Of a stretch of 64,000 nt of DNA, positions 1 to 11,721 are shown in pieces (positions within the stretch are counted from its first letter, which is position 1; the number at the start of each line of letters is the position of its first letter). The stretch is taken from the NCBI GenBank assembly GCA_040954595.2, contig CM082589.2, forward strand, positions 6,507,186-6,571,185, written 5' to 3'. Below the pieces are notes generated by a model that searched no databases, was not told the origin of the DNA, and saw only the letters and a program-made list of their open reading frames with translations. This DNA comes from Balanoglossus misakiensis. Its lineage: Eukaryota > Animalia > Hemichordata. The translations under genes and the position numbers were made by a program.

Positions 1-1075
1 CAAGGGTTTTTTTAAACATTTTGTTACATGTGCACGAACTGCAAGCTTGCTTGACGCCTCACATCATAATGACCAACTTTCCAGTCTGTAGGTCACGACG
101 GGGTAACACAACTCACGAAACGACCGTAGTGTGATTGAATTGTTTTATTCAGCGGGCTTCATGTACATGGACGGAAAGCCAATATAACCCTGCTTAACAT
201 AACCAGAAGTCACATACAACCAGAGGGCTCTAGACCGCCAACATCTTGTTAAACAGGGCCAAAAAACATATGTCAAAAACTTATCCTACATTGGACATCA
301 TCTATAACCGCTAAGCCACTGTTAAGAGTCAACTTGCATGCATGGCATGTTTTCTACCAACCTAACAGCCTTGTCGTGCATTGTTGCACAAGCAGCTTTC
401 AGCAGTATACATTTCATGACATTTACATATAATATGCTAAGCGGTGACACAAATTGAAAATGTAATAAGCTGAAGTTATAAATCGCGCCCCCATTGTCTG
501 TAGTACAACTTTTTTCTTTTTTAATAATTTCACGTCAAGGCATATAAAATATATATTTTTCAGTCTATATCACTTTCTCATCGATATGCTACACCAGTAC
601 CTGAAAGTCTACATATTCCAAACAATACTGTTTCCAATATAATTTTATAACACTGCGAATAATAGTTCTCCTGCTCTGGTGTTTTAAGTGCCTTCATTTA
701 TGTGTATGACTGGTGCTATGGAACATATACTTGCATGGGTCCCTCAGTCATTTCTGTGCTGCTTTGCAAGTGCCTATAAGCAGCATTTGTTTCAACAAAC
801 ACACTCACACAAACACACACACACACATATTTAATACATGTACAGTTCTGCATTTAAAGGATGATTTATTTTGACATTGGAAAATTTAATTAACTACGGT
901 GTACGAAATAGTTGAAATAAAGGAATTTAACCAGGAATGCTTTAAAGTGCGACAGTATTCACTACACCGTATGCCCACATATTTCGAAACATATCATTTC
1001 ATAGAGATTTCTTTGTTGCCTACTAAAGACTGTATGTTCTTCTTCAACAGCAATAGTGGACCTAACTTCATTCAT

Positions 1076-3887
1076 CTACGAAATGGCTGTGTATTATAAA
1101 AAAAGAAATAATGGTTAAAGAATAAGATTGGGAAAACATATCTACATACTGTTTACACACGTATAAACTAAGTCTTGTATTTGACATGCCTTATTTTAAG
1201 CAATGTGCATACTGTATACCAGTATACATGTATTATAAGCATTGTGCGCACATATTATATAATGATCTGTGCTATGCATGAATCAAATAAGACACGTATG
1301 TCGCACCTGGTTTTTCACAGATGTACCAAGAATCAGGCAGAGGGCCCCAATCAAGAGGACGGTCATTCCATTTAAAGTTAGAATAGTCGCTGCTTCTCAA
1401 CTCGATTTCCCCAGACTTCTCAACCTCACCATTGTTGGGCTCGCCAGGTTGCCATGGCATGAAGCTTTCGTCGACAGCTGTTCCATCTGACCATTTGTAG
1501 CCTTCACCAGGCTATTGAAAATAAATCAAAGAATATCAGAAATGGGGCGAAGAAAAATAGAGATCTAGGTTTTAAAGTAGAATCATCAAAATAATCTTTA
1601 ATACCTTAGATAGTTGTTGTATCCTGTGTAAACAGATTCTCCACTAAATTATGATACTAACCCTATATATCAGTCCAATGAATAGATTGCATTTGTAGTT
1701 AGGATCACAACCACTTATGTCCAGCTGGGCCACTTCTGAAGAAAGCCAGCTGTGTACATCCTGTGTATCTTTTGCCAGGTGACCTCCTTGGCTTTGACAG
1801 TAATTTTCAGCGTTTGTCCAGGTCAGCTTGTTTGTACCAAAGTAATAACAGGTAGTACAAAACAGCTTCCATCCTTGCGGACATGTGAAGGCTTTAAAAA
1901 TAAAAGCATGTGATACTTTAATTAGAGTGGTCAAAACGTTCAAAATTTGGCTGAAAGGGAAATCAGCCTATCTACAGAAGATTTTTAAGGATTTTTTTCA
2001 AAAGGCTGCAAGTTTGTGTTTTGCAGGGAATCGCTCAAACATTCAACAACAAATCACAACCAAAGAACCCGATTATACCAACTGAAGTGTAAATCATTGC
2101 TTTTTAACTGCTATATGAATGATAAGAGATAGGGGAAAGATACCACACCTTGTCTTTCACAGATGTACCGGGCGTCGGGCTGAGGTCCCCAATCAAGAGG
2201 GCGGTCGTTCCATTTAAAGTCAGAGTAGTCACTACTTCTGTATTCCAGTTCAGCAGACTTTGCAACATCGCCATTGTTGGGCTCGCCAGGTTGCCATGGC
2301 ATAAAGCTCTCATCCACAGTTGATCCATCTGACCATTTGTAGCCCACACCAGGCTATGCAAAAAAAAAACGTACAAAATCATGAACGGGACAAAGAAAAA
2401 TAAAAACCATAAACAATAACAGATATTCATTTGTAACTATAAGGAGCTTACTTAAATGGCAAATTCAAATCTCAATGTATTTCTGCACAATATCATTACT
2501 ACCGATTTAACCGATTCTTTTGGAGGAAACATTTACCCACAGACATTATTGAAATTCCACAGCCGTTACACCTCTATAGGTGTATGGTTTAATGCTTGGG
2601 TCATACATTATTAAAACTAACCCTATAGATCAACCCAATCACAGGGTTGCATTTGTATAATGGATCACAGCCACTTGTATCAAGTTGTGCAACCTCAGCA
2701 GACAGAAAACCGTGTACATCTTGCGTGTCTTTGGCCAAGTGTCCAAACACACCCTGGCAATAATCTTCTGCTTCGTTCCATGTCAACAAGTTCATGCCAA
2801 AGTAGTAGCAAGAAGATCCAAAAACCTTCCACCCGTCATCACAAATATAAGCTATAACAAAACACAATTTGTTAATTATTAAGAAAGATACCAGCAAGGT
2901 TGTTGGTACAGATGTATGATTTAAGTATAAACACAAGTGGTGAATTGTTAAAGCATGAAAGCAATGTTGTCGGTACAGATGTAATTATTTAAGCATTGAA
3001 CTATGACACACCTGCAATGTGCACACATAACGATTATATACTGGTATACCCGGTATATGATCTGTACCATGAACAAATATATCGCACCTGGTTTTTCACA
3101 GATGTACCAAGAATCAGGCAGAGGGCCCCAATCGAGAGGACGGTCATTCCATTTAAAGTCAGAATAGTCACTGCTTCTCAACTCGATTTCCGCAGACTTT
3201 GCCACATCACCATTGTTTGGCTCACCAGGTTGCCATGGCATGAAGCTTTCGTCAACAGCTGTTCCATCTGACCATTTGTAGCCTTCACCAGGCTATTGAA
3301 AATAAATCAAAGAATATCAGAAATGGGGAAAAGAAAAAATACAGACGATCTAAGTTTTAAAGTAGAATCATCAAAATAATGCAAAATATATCTTTAATAC
3401 TTTTAGATAGTTGTTGTATTCTGTGTACACAGATTCTCCACTAAATTATGATACTGACCCTATATATCAGTCCAATGAATAGATTGCATTTGTAGTTAGG
3501 ATCACAACCACTTATGTCCAGCTGGGCCACTTCTGAAGAAAGCCAGCTGTGTACATCCTGTGTGTCTTTTGCCAGGTGTCCTCCTTGGCTTTGACAATAA
3601 TTTTCAGCATTTGTCCAGGTCAGCTTGTTTGTACCAAAGTAATAGCATTTACTGCCAAACCCTTTCCAGCCGGTTTGACACTGTGCTATTTGGCCAAAGA
3701 AAAAATGTTTAATGTAAACATGCTAGTACATTTTTGTGATATATTTACACAGGAAAGAGTGTTTGTTAAGTATGGTGTACATTTTCACTGACCTAAAAAA
3801 TTGATTCATAACATGTTTTTTTTTACCTCTTACAGTTACTGTCCAGGTGATGGATAAAATCACAATGAGGAGACTTCCAACAGTCAT
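1076..3887 (-). CDS. Secreted C-type lectin, gene A: signal peptide + 3 tandem CTLDs (EPN/WND type)
   Basis: Phase-compatible GT-AG exons: 3887-3827 (MTVGSLLIVILSITWTVTVR signal peptide), 3685-3459 and 3292-3088 (CTLD1), 2851-2622 and 2353-2149 (CTLD2), 1891-1662 and 1511-1307 (CTLD3), 1086-1076 (AIS*). Motifs C..GW..F...CY.F, W..A..YC...GGHLA, (F/V)IGL, W.DG, WQPGEPNN, WND, YICE. Confidence 0.9.
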
Positions 3888-4394
3888 GTTTGAGTCGGTT
3901 CACCTACATAAACAGAAACTTTTAAAAATGGAAAAACATTGTATTATTTGACATCTGATAGCATAATGTTTGCTCCTGTATGTGATGATAACAACTAAAA
4001 ATTAAAAACAGTATATATATAACCATCTTGCACCAGGGTAAATAAAGGGACAACACAACCTAATTGTGACATCGTTCTGATTATTTTCAGTTTCTTCTGA
4101 TACATTTTTTATTTAATTCAGGTGCAAGAGTAGTACTGCAAAATTAGCACAATGTTTGAAGTGGAGCATTTAGGGATTGCATTCGATAAACTGGATAACA
4201 ATACAGGAAGCCAACAACACCCAATGAAACTTGAACCAGCAGAACCAATTCAAGTGGAAACCAAGTCGGTACACAAAACGACTCTGCCAGTGTTCAAACT
4301 ATCCAACAGTCAGGTTGCTATCATGCACTGTTGGCTAGAACATATACTACAATGTAGACCATATCAGAAATGCACAATAACATACACCACTCAC

Positions 4395-4500
4395 CTACTC
4401 TTGCTTCTGTTGTCTTGTGCAACAGTTGTGACAATATTGCCGACTTATATTGCTACAGCTTTGTAAAAATAGAGACAAAAAACATAGGAGCTACGTCACA
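4395..4500 (-). promoter_or_regulatory. Probable promoter and non-coding first exon of lectin gene A (paralogous copy at about 8474-8580)
   Basis: Strong minus-strand donor AG|GTGAGT at 4395/4394. ATATAAG TATA-like box at 4450-4444, about 50 nt upstream of the donor. TGACGT CRE-like site near 4493-4498. All three are conserved in the gene B copy. Confidence 0.5.
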
Positions 4501-6058
4501 ACAACAAGGAGAGACACTATAAATTTTATTTGAACTGTTTGAACTTTCTATTTTACAGTCAGTGGTAATAATTTATGTTCTGTTTGCAAGACTGTTTTAG
4601 CGATCGAGAGTAAGAATATGCTGGTACATGTAAACTGACAAAACGCACCTAAACTTAAAAATGTTCTTCTCTGGGTCCCATATTGTACCAATAAGACAGT
4701 ACCCTACAAACACAAGCATCTAATCAAATATGACTCCCTTTATAGTACCTTGTAGAAGTATTTGTTTGGTGACAATTGTTCCTGCAGTATAAATTTATTC
4801 CCATACACAAGAACTCGACGTAACAAAGTCTTTATAGTAAGAACAGTTTTAAATATTTGAAATATACCAGTAAATCTGGTCATACAGAAGATACAACCAC
4901 ATCTTAATTTTCTCTGCAATTTAATTCAAATGTTGAACACTACCTGAGATACCAATGACACAGGAAAGTTATGCTTGACCAGTATACACTTTGCAAAATT
5001 CAGGAATTGTAAAAGTCTGTCATGGCATAAATTCCCTTCCTGTGTTAAGTTTGAGCGAGGTCAGCCAGGGTAAGCATGGTCTGGATCAAACAGCATAACT
5101 GATGTATTGCTTTGGAGGTACTGCTGGTAGGGGTACTTTCATGTTACAGCATCTGAAATAGCTAGTGGTCGTATGATTGACAGACCTAGTTTTTGTATGC
5201 AGTCGAACCAATCCATCAACAACTTAGAAACATCCATCTCTAACACATTTTTCTTCTTGTTGATAACCAAAGTCTGGCAGACTTGCCCGGCTTTAGTTCT
5301 TTCTAAACTCTCTTGTGTATTTGCCTGCCTGCTATATTATGCTTTATCTGTTTCAGACAGACAAGCCTGTGTCTGTAGCATTGCCTGCTTGTCTGTCTGC
5401 AACGGGTTTGATGGGGACTCGCATTAAAAACTATAGGTCTGCCGATCGTTCGATCACTAGCTATTTTAAAAGCTCTGAAGTGCCTGTACCACTACCAGCA
5501 TATTTTTCGTCAAAAGGGATACATTAGTTATGCTGTTTTCTGACAGAAAACAATATTTTGCCCGTCTTCCCTGGAGTCTCGTACAAAATGTAACATTTAA
5601 GTCCAACATCCTTCAAAAAATTCAAACAATACTGTTTCCAATACATTTTTTATAACACTGCAAATAATAGTTCTCCTGCTCCGGTGTTTTAAGTGCCTTC
5701 ATTTGTGTGTATGACTGGTGCTATGGAACGTATACTCAGTCATTTCTGTGCTACTTTGCAAGTGTTTCAACAAACAAACTCACACACACACATATTTAAT
5801 ACATGTACAGTTCTGCATTTAAAGGATGATTTATTTTGACACTGAAAAATTTAATTAACTACAGTGTACGAAATAGTTGAAATAAAGGAATTTAACAAGG
5901 AATTCTTTAAAGTGTGACAGTATTCACTACACCTTATGCCCATGCATATTTTGAATATCATTTCATAGAGATTTCTTTGTTGCATGCTAATACACTGTAT
6001 GTTTGACAAGGTTCTTCTTCAACAGCAATGGTGGGCGTCGAATTCTAACTTCATTCAT

Positions 6059-8022
6059 CTAATGGACGACTGTGTATTATAAAAAAAGAAACAATGGTTG
6101 AGGAATGCATATCACACATGTATATATATTTTACACGCCTTATTGTGCATAAACATAAGCAATGTTCACACACATGGATTATATATGAGTGTACCATGCA
6201 CAAATCATAAAAGACATATCGCACCTGATGTTTCACAGATGTACCAAGTATCCGGCGTTGACCAATCAAGAGGACGGTCATTCCATTTAAAGTCAGAATA
6301 GTCACTGCTTCTCAACTCAATTTCCCCAGACTTCTCGACCTCACCATTGTTGGGCTCACCAGGTTGCCATGGCATGAAGCTTTCGTCAACAGCTGTTCCA
6401 TCTGACCATTTGTAGCCTTCACCAGGCTATTGAAAATAAATCAAAGAATATCAGAAATGGGGCGAAGAAAAGTACAGACGATCTAAGTTTTAAAGTAGAA
6501 TCATCAAAATAATGCAAAATATATCTTTAAGACTCTTACATAGTTGCTGTATTCTGTGTAAAACAGATTCTCCACTAAATTATGATACTGACCCTATATA
6601 TCAGTCCAATGAATAGATTGCATTTGTAGATAGGATCACAACCACTTATGTCCAGCTGGGCCACTTCTGAAGACAGCCAGCTGTGTACATCCTCTGTGTC
6701 TTTTGCCAGGTGTCCTCCTTGGCTTTGACAATAACTTTCAGCATTTGTCCAGGTCAGCTTGTTTGTACCAAAGTAGTAGCATTTACTGCCAAACCCCTTC
6801 CATCCGGTATGACACTGTGCTATTTTGTCAAAGAAAAAATGTTCAATGTAAACATGCTAGTAGCTGTGAAAAAAATTCTTGAATTGAGATATTACTTCAA
6901 TGCCATATGCAATATCAACACATTCTGAAGTATCACTCGATTGTGAACTTTAACAAAAACAACCTAGTGTGTTTAAGTAACACAACACAAGTGGTGAATT
7001 GTTAAAGCATCTGTAGCAATGTTTTTTGTGTCGATGAATTCTTTAAGCTAACATTGACCCATTCAAGTGGTGAATTGTAAAACCATAATGGCGATGTTGG
7101 TACAGATGTATTATTTAAGCATTGAACTATGACACACCTGCAATGTGCACACACATGGATTATATACGAGTGTACCATGCACAAATCATAGAAGACATAT
7201 CACACCTGGTTTTTCACAGATGTACCAAGTATCAGGCGTTGACCAATCAAGAGGACGGTCATTCCATTTAAAGTCGGAATAGTCACTGCTTCTCAACTCA
7301 ATTTCCCCAGACTTCTCGACCTCACCATTGTTGGGCTCACCAGGTTGCCATGGCATGAAGCTTTCGTCGACAGCTGCTCCATCTGACCATTTGTAGCCTT
7401 CACCAGGCTATTGAAAATAAATCAAAGAATATCAGAAATGGGGCAAAGAAAAAATACAGACAATACAAGTTTTAAAGTAGAATCATCAAAATAATGCAAA
7501 ATATATCTTTAAGACTCTTAGATAGTTGCTGTATTCTCCACTAAGTTATGATACTGACCCTATATATCAGTCCAATGAATAGATTGCATTTGTAGTTAGG
7601 ATCACAACCACTTATGTCCAGCTGGGCCACTTCTGAAGAAAGCCAGCTGTGTACATCCTGTGTGTCTTTTGCCAGGTGACCTCCTTGGCTTTGACAATAA
7701 CTTTCAGCATTTGTCCAGGTCAGCTTGTTTGTACCAAAGTAATAGCATTTAGTGCCAAACCCTTTCCATCCGGTTTCACAATGTGCTATTTTGCCAAAGA
7801 ATAAAATGTTCAATGTAAACATGCTAGTAGCTGTGATATCAACACATTCTGAAGTATCACTCGATTGTGAACTATAACAAAAACAAACTAGTGTGTTGTA
7901 CAGTAATCGTTACCAACAACAGCAAGTATGGTGCATATTGATTCATTTCAACGTTTTTTACCTCTCACAGTTACTGTCCAGGTGATGGATAAAATCACAA
8001 TGAGGAGACTTCCAACAGTCAT
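6059..8022 (-). CDS. Secreted C-type lectin, gene B: signal peptide + 2 tandem CTLDs (paralog of gene A)
   Basis: Exons 8022-7962 (same signal peptide as gene A), 7785-7559 and 7407-7206 (CTLD1), 6819-6593 and 6426-6225 (CTLD2), 6069-6059 (VVH*). All splice phases are consistent and the CTLD motifs match gene A. Confidence 0.9.
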
Positions 8023-8632
8023 GTTTGTATCGGATCACCTACATAAACAGAAACTTTTAAAAATGGAAAAAAAATGTATTATTTGACATCTGACAGCAAA
8101 ATGTTTGCTCATGTATGTGATCATATCAATCAATTGTTCAGTGGCACCCGATGGCTGTTCACACACCATAGACTTTTTCAAACAAGTCTTCAGTTTTCTC
8201 TTAAAAGAGTCTAGACTGGGTGCTAGTCAAAAGTCATCAGGCAGTGAGTTCCAGAGAAAATACTGTAGTTGTGCTGAATCAACGGTAATCAAACTTGAAC
8301 CAGTAGAACCAATTCATGTGGAAACCAAGTCTGTACACGAAACAACTCTGTCAGTGTTCAAACTATCGAACAGTCGAGTTGCTATAACCATGCACTGTTG
8401 GCTAGAACATACTTCTGTTGACGATGTCGATGTAGACCATACCAGAAATACACAATAACAATTAGACCACTCACCTCTTCTTGCTTCTGTTTAACTGTGC
8501 AACAATTGTGGCAATGTTGCAGACTTATATTGCTACAGCTTTGTAAAAATAGAAATAAAACTTAGCAGCCACGTCACAATAAACATTTACGAAATTTTAT
8601 TTGAACTGTTTGAACTTTCTAATTTAATTGGA

Positions 8633-9200
8633 TAGTTTGGGCGAGGTTAGCCAGGGTATTAAGAATGGCCTGGATCAAACAGCATAGCAAGACCCGGTCA
8701 AACTAATCCATCAATAACTTAGAAACATCCATCTCTAACCCATTTTTCTTCTTGTTGATAACAAAAGTCTGACAGACTTGCCCGGCTTTAGTTCTTTCTA
8801 AACTCTCTTGTGTATTTGCCTGCCTGCTATATTATGCTTTATTTGTTTCAGACAGACAAGCCTGTGTCTGTCTGCAACGGGTTTGACCGGGTTTCGCATA
8901 AAAAAACTAAAGGTCTGTCGATCGCTCCATCACTAGCTATTTTAAAAGCTCTGAAGTGCCTGTACCACTACCAGCAGAAAAGCCTGTCTGCCTGTAGCAT
9001 TGCCTGCTTGTCTGTCTGCAACGGGTTTGACCGGGTTTCGCATAAAAAACTAAAGGTCTGTCGATCGCTCCATCACTAGCTTTTTTAAAAGCTCTGAAGT
9101 GCCTGTACCACTACCAGCATATTTTTCGTCAAAAAAGATATATTACCTATGCTGTTCGATCCTGACACATACAATGCTTACCCTGGCTGATCTCAAACTG
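8633..9200. mobile_element. TIR-bounded non-autonomous element with an internal ~140-bp tandem duplication; degenerate copy at about 5048-5588
   Basis: Left end AGTTTGGGCGAGGTTAGCCAGGGTA...GGATCAAACAGCATAG is inverted at 9147-9199 (CTATGCTGTTCGATCC...TACCCTGGCTGATCTCAAACT). Internal repeat 8860-8975 vs 9010-9118. No clear TSD. Confidence 0.55.
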
Positions 9201-11721
9201 AATTTATACCATGATACACTTATACCGGTCAAGCATACTTTTCTGAGTCTTCGGTGTTTCAGGAAGTGTTCGACATTGTATAATAAGTGTGAGATATGTA
9301 ATTATTGAATTGTGACAGTGCCTTTGAAAAAAGGGCCCATGCGTTGTTTATGACGACATGGTGTGTGATTCAACTTCATAAAGTCAGGTTCCTGCCTTTT
9401 AACCCTTTCAAATTGGATGCTAAAGAGGGAACTGGGGGATGGAAGGGTTAAGTGGTCCATTGTTTCGTTATCATTACATTCCTCACAATAATGCATTTAC
9501 AAATGCCAACCACTTAAACATTTTTGTTTTTCATTTGCTTTCTTTCATTTACGTTGCATAGTTTACACATTGTTTACCTTTGATTTCCACACAGAAAGAT
9601 TTATTCTGTCTGTCTTTTACACACAGCGTGGTGTGGGTTGACTATGGAGAAATATCTCAAATGGCCTAATATAGTGGACACTGAACAATAAAATATTGCG
9701 TGGTGGAAACCCTAATAAAATATTAATTTAAATGTAATAACTGTTGAGAAAGTTGTACTCTCTTGTTGCGGACCACAAATATAGAAGAATTCCTCACACA
9801 TCCTTTCCATATGGTGAGTGGCTTTTTAACAAAGCTCAGTTGTGTGTTTTAACTTCAGGCACCTGGTGTTCTTCCAAAAGTCATTCACCCCAGAATGATT
9901 TATTTGCTTATGGTTTAAAAAAAAACAGGGACGCAATGACCTTACTCTACCAGAAATAAACACAATAAAAGTAAATTGTGTTTGCACATGCAGGCCGTTT
10001 TGGTGACATGGATATATGCTTTCCATATGGAAAGTAGCTTTATATGATTTCATTTCTGTTGTTTACAGTACAATATTGATGTAAACTTGTCAACAATAAA
10101 CATGCTTGTTATTACACTTGTAGTCATGTAAATGTTAAATTAAAAAAAAACGGAAAATATCTAAACAGCTGACCATTGGAAAGGTTAGATGCACTTTATT
10201 AGTATAGCGATGAATCCAGTACAGTACATTGACACGTTCAGCTGAGACTGCTCTAGTATTTCTCTATTGTGATTAATAGCTTTAGTGTACTGCATGACCC
10301 CGACTGCCGACCTGTCAGCCAACCTGGATTTAAGTTTTGAAGCTGATGGATTAGGCTTGAGGTGATATTCTGTCATATGATATCAGTCTCACCAAGGATA
10401 GAGGGCACACAAAGCCTGTGCCCCACCCAAAAAATAAAAAGCTTAATTTATGGCTTTTTAGTGCTTTTTAGAACTGTTTGTAATTCACACTATTTTTTTA
10501 TAATCATTTACACTGTTGATATCAACAGCAAGACTGTCAAATTATGTCAACACAACTGAGTCTACAAGTAGCCTTGAATATTTTTAATCATACGGTGTTA
10601 TTGGGAAATCAATCAAACAGGTCAAGTTACATCTCGCTTCTATTTCTCGTATAAACGAAAAATTCATTTCATGATGCTACACATATACAATGACTGTAAA
10701 ATTGAGTGTTATACTGCTGTTTGAATAGATTTTCCAAAAGGTCAAATATGCTTCCCTAGCAGTTTGTTGTGTCATTTGGTCTTAAGTTAGAACTTTAACA
10801 AAACCAATTACATCATTACTAGACTGGCTGGCATTCGCTTATGGTTTAAAATTCCCTTTCTTAACAAAAAATGAGTGATTGTTTATCATTTGTGTCAGGT
10901 TGAGCTTGGAGCTTGTCGCTAGCTTTTCGCGCAACTACGATCAACTGGCACTGGATTCATGTTAATGTGGTTACCAATAGAAATGTATGGTTAGCAACAC
11001 ACATTGCATGTTGATGACCTTATTTGTGCAACCAGTCCTGGACGTGATGGAAAAAAAAAACTGCACTGATGTGTGAGGGCGCTATCCACAATTTATACAT
11101 GAATGATGTACATTATGATTTTTCTTTGTTTTGCAAACTGACATGTTTTAACATATGGTGATATTTATGACAATAGAAGACAATGATCGATACATTTCAA
11201 CTAAATTCAATTCAGTTGAATACTTTGTTGGCCTTGATTAGTCTGTATTGTCATTATTCATGACTCTCTTCACTATCTGTCATTCTAGTTGTCCTTTTTG
11301 TGTTTGGCTGTAGATTATTAAGCAGTAAAGCATAAATTCCTACATGCGAGGAAAATGGGAAATTTTTCAAACAAGAACACATTTTTGTACCACTCATGTA
11401 AATTTTATACTAACATTATTTTTATGAAAAGTGTTTTAACCAGTTATCTATGTAAAGATGTGTGTATCCTTCTATTATCATAGTCTTCACCAAAATCCTT
11501 GTTTTTATTTGTGTGGGTGGGCAAGAAAAAAATTGCAACAAATTAATACTGTAATAATAGCTTACAATAACGCAGAGCACATTAAGAGAAACAAATAAAA
11601 GTCTGAAGTCTATAACCAATTGTTTCCCTTTTCACATATGTTAAATTTCATTGAAGGTCTTTACGTCATACATTGTATTCTGACGTCATAATATCTCCAA
11701 GCACATGGCTCATTCCCCATC

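Larger units (their letters stand above)
618..9150. repeat. Recent tandem segmental duplication covering the two lectin genes (about 618-5540 vs about 5624-9150)
   Basis: Near-identical non-coding blocks: 3' UTR/flank 618-1100 vs 5624-6090; 5' intron/promoter 3830-4550 vs 7960-8620; upstream block 5050-5520 vs 8635-9135. Confidence 0.9.

Noticed and set aside
1448-1461. GTTGCCATGGCA X-box-like palindromes in each lectin module
   Set aside because: They are the coding sequence for MPWQP and do not complete the consensus.
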